From Macrostomum hystrix (Eukaryota > Animalia > Platyhelminthes): 64,000 nt of DNA. A model generated the notes under the pieces. It did no database searches. It had not been told where the DNA came from and saw only the letters and a program-made list of their open reading frames with translations. The translations under genes and the position numbers were made by a program. Numbering within the stretch: the stretch's first letter is position 1; every line of letters begins with the position of its first letter. The stretch spans positions 2,294,001-2,358,000 of the forward strand of contig CATNEN010000007.1 of NCBI GenBank assembly GCA_950097015.1. Reading direction: 5' to 3'. Of the stretch, positions 57,816-64,000 are shown in pieces.

Positions 57816-58405
57816 CTGAGGTGTTCGATAATCAGTCTGTTTCTCCTACCTGAGGTGTTCGATAATCAGTCTGTTTCTCCTACCTGAGGTGTTCGATAAT
57901 CAGTCTGTTTCTCCTACCTGAGGTGTTCGATAATCAGTCTGTTTCTCCTACCTGAGGTGTTCGATAATCAGTCTGTTTCTCCTACCTAAAGTGTTCGATA
58001 ATCAGTCTGTTTCTCCTACCTGAGGTGTTTGGTAATCAGTCTGTTTCTCCTACCTGAGGTGTTTGGTAATCAGTCTGTTTCTCCTACCTGAGGTGTTCGA
58101 TAATCAGTCTGTTTCTCCTACCTGAGGTGTTCGATAATCAGTCTGTTTCTCCTACCTGAGGTGTTCGATAATCAGTCTGTTTCTCCTACCTGAGGTGTTC
58201 GATAATCAGTCTGTTTCTCCTACCTGAGGTGTTTGATAATCAGTCTTTTTCTCCTACCTGAGGTGTTTGATAATCAGTCTGTTTCTCCTACCTGAGGTGT
58301 TTGATAATCAGTCTGTTTCTCCTACCTGAGGTGTTTGGTAATCAGTCTGTTTCTCCTACCTGAGGTGTTTGATAATCAGTCTGTTTCTCCTACCTGAGGT
58401 GTCTG
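57816..58405. repeat. 34-bp minisatellite (CTGAGGTGTTCGATAATCAGTCTGTTTCTCCTAC), ~17 copies, in the probable 5'UTR intron (57792-58984) of the GT32 gene
   Basis: Period 34 (57816 to 57850). Flanking acceptor CCCCTGCAG at 57792 and donor AAG|GTAAGG at 58984 on the minus strand. Confidence 0.93.
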
Positions 58406-58699
58406 ATTTTCTCTGGATCATTGTGAATGGACTGCAAATGGACAATTTGAGGGCACAATTTTAAAATTGCTGCTTTGTACTTTTTTAGTTTTTTTAGTTA
58501 ACCAGTCGCATGAATGCAGTTTAGTGACCTGTCCGTTCATCTCCTGGCGCAAAGTCATCTAAAACGGTACACACAGGACTCAGCTAATCGTGGCGACTCA
58601 AATTTCAAATTGAAAGTCAAGCGAATGTCATTCGCCTATTGAGAAATAGGTGTCATTGTATGAGCTAATTTTCTGAATGATCTACTAATTTGTCTCACT

Positions 58700-58957
58700 A
58701 TTTCTCACCCTCACCCTGCCTCCCAGCCTGCCTCTCAGACTGTCTCTCACCCTGTCTCTCAGCCTGTCTCTCACCCTGCCTCTCACCCTGCCTCTCAGCC
58801 TGCCTCTCAGCCTGCCTCTCAGCCTGTCTCTCAGCCTGTCTCTCACCCTGCCTCTCACCCTGCCTCTCAGCCTGCCTCTCAGCCTGCCTCTCAGCCTGTC
58901 TCTCACCCTGTCTCTCACCCTGCCTCTCACCCTGCCTCTCAGCCTGCCTCTCAGCCT
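58700..58957. repeat. 12-bp minisatellite (CCTG(C/T)CTCTCA(G/C)), ~21 copies
   Basis: Direct periodicity. Confidence 0.92.
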
Positions 58958-59340
58958 GAAGCAGAAATTTATTTCCTACCTTACCTTGAGTTTCCAGTAG
59001 ACTTCAAGCAGATTTGGTAACTTGAATTCTCTACTGCAAGATATCCCTACAGGACGTCAAGCTATACTGCTCACAATGCTTACATCAGGAGCAGCCGAAA
59101 GTGACGCATTGAGCTGGGGCTATAAGGGAGAACACAAACTCAGGCGTGCTGGGCCTCTTTAAATACATGTAGCTGCTCATTCGTGTTTTTCTAGCCAGAC
59201 AAACACAGCAACAACAAGCGCTCAGTTGGCCATTAGTCCGAACCAGCTTAGGAGTGCCAGACTACAGCCGGCCAATGGGTGCGCAGATCCCGCCAAGCTG
59301 TGTGGGGATTTCTCGCTAATGCCACGCCAATTGGGAAGGC

Positions 59341-59382
59341 TTATATAGCTCCGGCCAGCTGGGATTCGCCTGATCCGCCCCC
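59341..59382 (-). promoter_or_regulatory. Candidate core promoter (TATATAA plus upstream GC box) pointing toward the GT32 gene
   Basis: Minus-strand TATATAA at 59347-59341 and GGGGGCGG at 59382-59375, within a GC-rich patch. Motif match only. Confidence 0.3.
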
Positions 59383-60240
59383 TTTTAGCTGCTTTCGCCG
59401 CTTCAGTGCGTCCGGCGACCCGCCCCGCGACGGCATCGATTTTCCCCGCCTTCTCAGCTCGGCCGAGCCCGGCCCCTCTCCTCCCCGCTGCTCAAGCCTG
59501 CGCGCGCCTTTTGTCTCCGGCCTCAAGCACACTGCAAACAAAGGGAGGCGAAATCCCATCTAAGGCAAATAAGGACAGGGCGGGGCCAGGTATCCTCTCA
59601 CAAGCTGTTATCCTTTGTCCCATGAGCACACACGCATGCCCCTGCCAACTGGGCCAGATGTGCAGCCGACAGCACGGCCGCAGCTATTCATGCGCGGCGC
59701 AGTTCAGTGTCCATAGACTGGGCCGAGGACGTCTGCATGCACACCTTGAATTACCTGCAAGCTCGAGCTGTTGAACTGAAGCAATGCAGAATTGTGTCCT
59801 GCTAAAGAACAAAAACGGTTCCAGTGGATTCGGGAACCGAGCCCAGTGAGTTGGGTGCTCTAACCACTAACTAGGCTACTCAATGTCGGTAGAACAACGA
59901 TCTGCAGTAGCTAATTTATATGTTTAAGCATGTCAATTATGACTGTCCCTTCCTTGAACTCTAGTCACAATGCATTAGCATATTCTTTACTCTTCTGAGC
60001 AGCATCCAAATTATTTGTACAGCTGTCAGTCCATGGACTTTGGCGGTCGGCCCACCCAGCCAATGCTGAGAATGCCTCCATGAGCTCAGGAATCACAGGT
60101 TGTTGGTCGACGATAGCCAACATGATAGCCAAAATGTAGACCCATATATTACGAGTGCAGAAGTAAATAGGCAAGAGAAAACTCAGGCAAGAATTATTAG
60201 CAGCTTGTCACACTGAAAGCAACTAAATGAAAAACAAGCA

Positions 60241-60858
60241 CTCACACAGGCTATCCACTGTCCGGTAGTATACTCACACAGGCTATCCACTGTCCGGTAG
60301 TATACTCACACAGGCTATCCACTGTCCGGTAGTATACTCACACAGGCTATCCACTGTCCGGTAGTATACTCACACAGGCTATCCACTGTCCGGTAGTATA
60401 CTCACACAGGCTATCCACTGTCCGGTAGTATACTCACACAGGCTATCCACTGTCCGGTAGTATACTCACACAGGCTATCCACTGTCCGGTAGTATACTCA
60501 CACAGGCCATCCACTGTCCGGTAGTATACTCACACAGGCTATCCACTGTCCGGTAGTATACTCACACAGGCTATCCACTGTCCGGTAGTATACTCACACA
60601 GGCTATCCACTGTCCGGTAGTATACTCACACAGGCCATCCACTGTCCGGTAGTATACTCACACAGGCCATCCACTGTCCGGTAGTATACTCACACAGGCT
60701 ATCCACTGTCCGGTAGTATACTCACACAGGCTATCCACTGTCCGGTAGTATACTCACACAGGCTATCCACTGTCCGGTAGTATACTCACACAGGCTATCC
60801 ACTGTCCGGTAGTATACTCACACAGGCTATCCACTGTCCGGTAGTATACTCACACAGG
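60241..60858. repeat. 32-bp minisatellite (CTCACACAGGCTATCCACTGTCCGGTAGTATA), ~19 copies
   Basis: Period 32 (60241 to 60273). Confidence 0.95.
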
Positions 60859-61705
60859 TATATTTATAAGCTGGAAAAGTATCTTTGTGCCAAGAACTGT
60901 TATCGAAACAGGCTATAATATAAAGAGCAAACTATCAATGGTCACTAATACAGCCCGAAATCAACGACTTTAAAACTTTCTTTTTGGACCCCTAAAAAAC
61001 TTCAACGCAAAACACGCTACTCAAAGTAGCATGCACGGCACAAGGCTGTCATGCCTGACAAGAATGAACGAGCAGTTGAAAAGGCTACAAAACAACAGAA
61101 ACAATGAGACGGGAAGGCTTGGTTAGCTCTCTGCGATCACCAGGTTCGATAACTGCCGATGCTGATTGACGTTTCCAGGAAAAGCCTGCTGATGACTAAG
61201 ACAATTCAAAACAGTGCGACACAACAGACAGACTGATGCGAGTAAGGAAGTCAATCCACTACAAAGATTCTACAATTGAACAAATGTCAAAGTGTGTAAT
61301 ATCAAACAGCTTGTTCTACTAGAATCTGTTAAATAAACTCACTGAGATGAGAAATAGGCAAAAATGTACTATTCTTCAAAAGAAATCTTGCCTGTACGTA
61401 AAAACAGATTTAAAAAGCAAAGGTGGTACGCAAGGAATTGCATTACAATGCGTATTGTATTTCAACGCCAAGCATACACGAAATATACTACTTGATCTTA
61501 GTTAACTCGGTAGTATCAGAAGAATATTAAAACGCAGCGATAACATAATCAGTTTCTGCAGATAATATCACTACATTCAAGCTTGTGTCGGCTTGGATTT
61601 CTAAGAAAAATCACAATAAGTGTAAGAGAAATATGACTAAAATGAGGGACAATTCTGACTTAGTTAATTTCAGTGTAAGTCAATATAAAGTCACTTGGAT
61701 TTCAC

Positions 61706-61840
61706 CTTGGACATGCGCAGAAGGGATTTCAACTCCTTGGACAGGGCGGCCACCTTCTGGCCGAACTCGGTGGACTTGTCCGCTGAGCGGAGCTTGTCCC
61801 GCAGCTTCTGCGCCAGCTTGCTCATTGCAGGCAGGCTGGC
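61706..61840 (-). CDS. Isolated internal coding exon (45 codons) of an unidentified gene that probably extends beyond the right edge
   Basis: TTTATCTTCAG|GCC...AAG|GTGAAA, phase 0-0, GC-rich codon usage like the other exons. Translates to ASLPAMSKLAQKLRDKLRSADKSTEFGQKVAALSKELKSLLRMSK. Confidence 0.55.
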
Positions 61841-61905
61841 CTGAAGATAAAGATCAGTTGAGTATGCGCTGCTCAAGTCTCAAACACGATAATCCACAAT
61901 TTATC

Positions 61906-64000
61906 AATAATCCAACTAGAGAGAATCGATAATCCAACTAGAGAGAATCGATAATCCAACTAGAGAGAATTGATAATCCAAACTAGACAGAACCGATAAT
62001 CCAACTAGAGAGAATCGATAATCCAAACTAGACAGAATTGATAATCCAACTAGAGAGAATCGATAATCCAACTAGAGATAATCGATAATCCAACTAGAGA
62101 GAATCGATAATCCAAACTAGAGAGAATCGATAATCCAAACTAGACAGAATTGATAATCCAACTAGAGAGAATCGATAATCCAAACTAGACAGAATTGATA
62201 ATCCAACTAGAGAGAATCGATAATCCAAACTAGACAGAATTGATAACCCAACTAGAGAGAATTGATAATCCAAACTAGAGGGAATCGATAATCCAACTAG
62301 AGAGAATCGATAATACAAACTAGAGGGAATCGATAATCCAACTAGAGAGAATCGATAATACAAACTAGACAGAATTAATAATCCAACTAGAGAGAATCGA
62401 TAATCCAACTAGAGAGAATCGATCATTTAACTAGAGAGAATCGATAATCCAACTAGAGAGAATCGATAATCCAACTAGAGAGAATCGATAATCCAAACTA
62501 GAGAGAATCGATAATCCAAACTAGACAGAATTGATAATCCAACTAGAGAGAATCGATAATACAAACTAGGCAGAATTGATAATCCAACTAGAGAGAATCG
62601 ATAATCCAAACTAGAGAGAATCGATAACCCAACTAGAGAGAATTGATAATCCAAACTAGACAGAACCGATAATCCAACTAGAGAGAATCGATAATCCAAA
62701 CTAGACAGAATTGATAATCCAACTAGAGAGAATCGATAATCCAACTAGAGAGAATCGATAATCCAAACTAGAGAGAATCGATAATCCAAACTAGAGGGAA
62801 TCGATAATCCAACTAGAGAGAATCGATAATACAAACTAGACAGAATTGATAATCCAACTAGAGAGAATCGATAATACAAACTAGGCAGAATTGATAATCC
62901 AACTAGAGAGAATCGATAATCCAAACTAGAGAGAATCGATAACCCAACTAGAGAGAATTGATAATCCAAACTAGACAGAACCGATAATCCAACTAGAGAG
63001 AATCGATAATCCAAACTAGACAGAATTGATAATCCAACTAGAGAGAATCGATAATCCAACTAGAGAGAATTGATAATCCAAACTAGACAGAACCGATAAT
63101 CCAACTAGAGAGAATCGATAATCCAAACTAGACAGAATTGATAATCCAACTAGAGTGAATCGATAATCCAACTAGAGAGAATTGATAACCCAACTAGAGA
63201 GAATTGATAATCCAAACTAGAGGGAATCGATAATCCAACTAGAGAGAATCGATAATACAAACTAGACAGAATTAATAATCCAACTAGAGAGAATCGATAA
63301 TCCAACTAGAGAGAATCGATCATTTAACTAGAGAGAATCGATAATCCAACTAGAGAGAATCGATAATCCAACTAGAGAGAATCGATAATCCAAACTAGAG
63401 AGAATCGATAATCCAAACTAGACAGAATTGATAATCCAACTAGAGAGAATCGATAATACAAACTAGGCAGAATTGATAATCCAACTAGAGAGAATCGATA
63501 ATCCAAACTAGAGAGAATCGATAACCCAACTAGAGAGAATTGATAATCCAAACTAGACAGAACCTATAATCCAACTAGAGAGAATCGATAATCCAAACTA
63601 GACAGAATTGATAATCCAACTAGAGAGAATCGATAATCCAACTAGAGAGAATCGATAATCCAAACTAGAGAGAATCGATAATCCAAACTAGACAGAATTG
63701 ATAATCCAACTAGAGAGAATCGATAATACAAACTAGGCAGAATTGATAATCCAACTAGAGACAACTGATAATCCAACTAGAGAGAATCGATAATCCAAAC
63801 TAGACAGAATTGATAATCCAACTAGAGAGAATCGATAATCCAACTAGAGAGAATCGATAATCCAACTAGAGAGAATCGATAATCCAAACTAGAGAGAATC
63901 GATAATCCAAACTAGACAGAATTGATAATCCAACTAGAGAGAATCGATAATCCAACTAGAGAGAATCGATAATCCAAACTAGAGAGAATCGATAATCCAA
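61906..64000. repeat. 22/23-bp satellite (GATAATCCAA(A)CTAGAGAGAATC) with 45-bp dimer structure, running off the window
   Basis: More than 2 kb of alternating 22- and 23-bp units; source of the DYRFSLVGLSILSSL ORFs. Confidence 0.95.

Noticed and set aside
10058-60858. Regular 32-51-bp repeats as possible CRISPR arrays
   Set aside because: Units are head-to-tail with no unique spacers, there are no cas genes, and the context is eukaryotic.
10057-63059. Long periodic ORFs over tandem arrays (e.g. 10143-11219, 29405-30241, 39570-40612, 43314-44343, 44731-46049, 54899-55788, 56003-56431, 62094-63059)
   Set aside because: They are stop-free by-products of short repeat units and occur in several frames and on both strands. 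Most lie inside introns defined by flanking conserved exons or in intergenic spacers.

Overview
This is eukaryotic (animal) genomic DNA. It has spliceosomal GT-AG and GC-AG introns, tRNA-headed SINE-like repeats, a mariner transposon and more than 20 different tandem-repeat arrays. The gene set and the minisatellite-filled introns suggest an invertebrate, possibly a free-living flatworm such as Macrostomum; this is an unverified inference. I reconstructed the gene models by hand from splice sites and reading-frame phase. Left to right: (1) two tandem ADAM metalloprotease paralogs on the minus strand, the first running off the left edge; (2) a 2744-aa protein made almost only of ankyrin repeats (+); (3) a PP2C phosphatase (+); (4) a frameshifted DD34D mariner with ~200-bp TIRs; (5) a sigma-like GST (-); (6) a C16orf89/UPF0764-like secreted protein (-); (7) a Grd/CG8916-like GABA-A Cys-loop subunit (-); (8) a GT32 DXD glycosyltransferase with an intronless CDS (-); (9) one orphan coding exon (-). 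About 16 kb (~25%) is tandem repeat, mostly beyond 34.9 kb. Most ORFs in the supplied track that overlap these arrays are artefacts. The most notable observations are a glutamate at the 2' pore position of the GABA-receptor M2 helix, intronic minisatellites whose units carry or are splice donors on the host gene's sense strand, the 13-module ESRL super-repeat ankyrin protein, and two GC-AG introns in one ADAM paralog. No CRISPR array, rRNA or convincing tRNA gene was seen.
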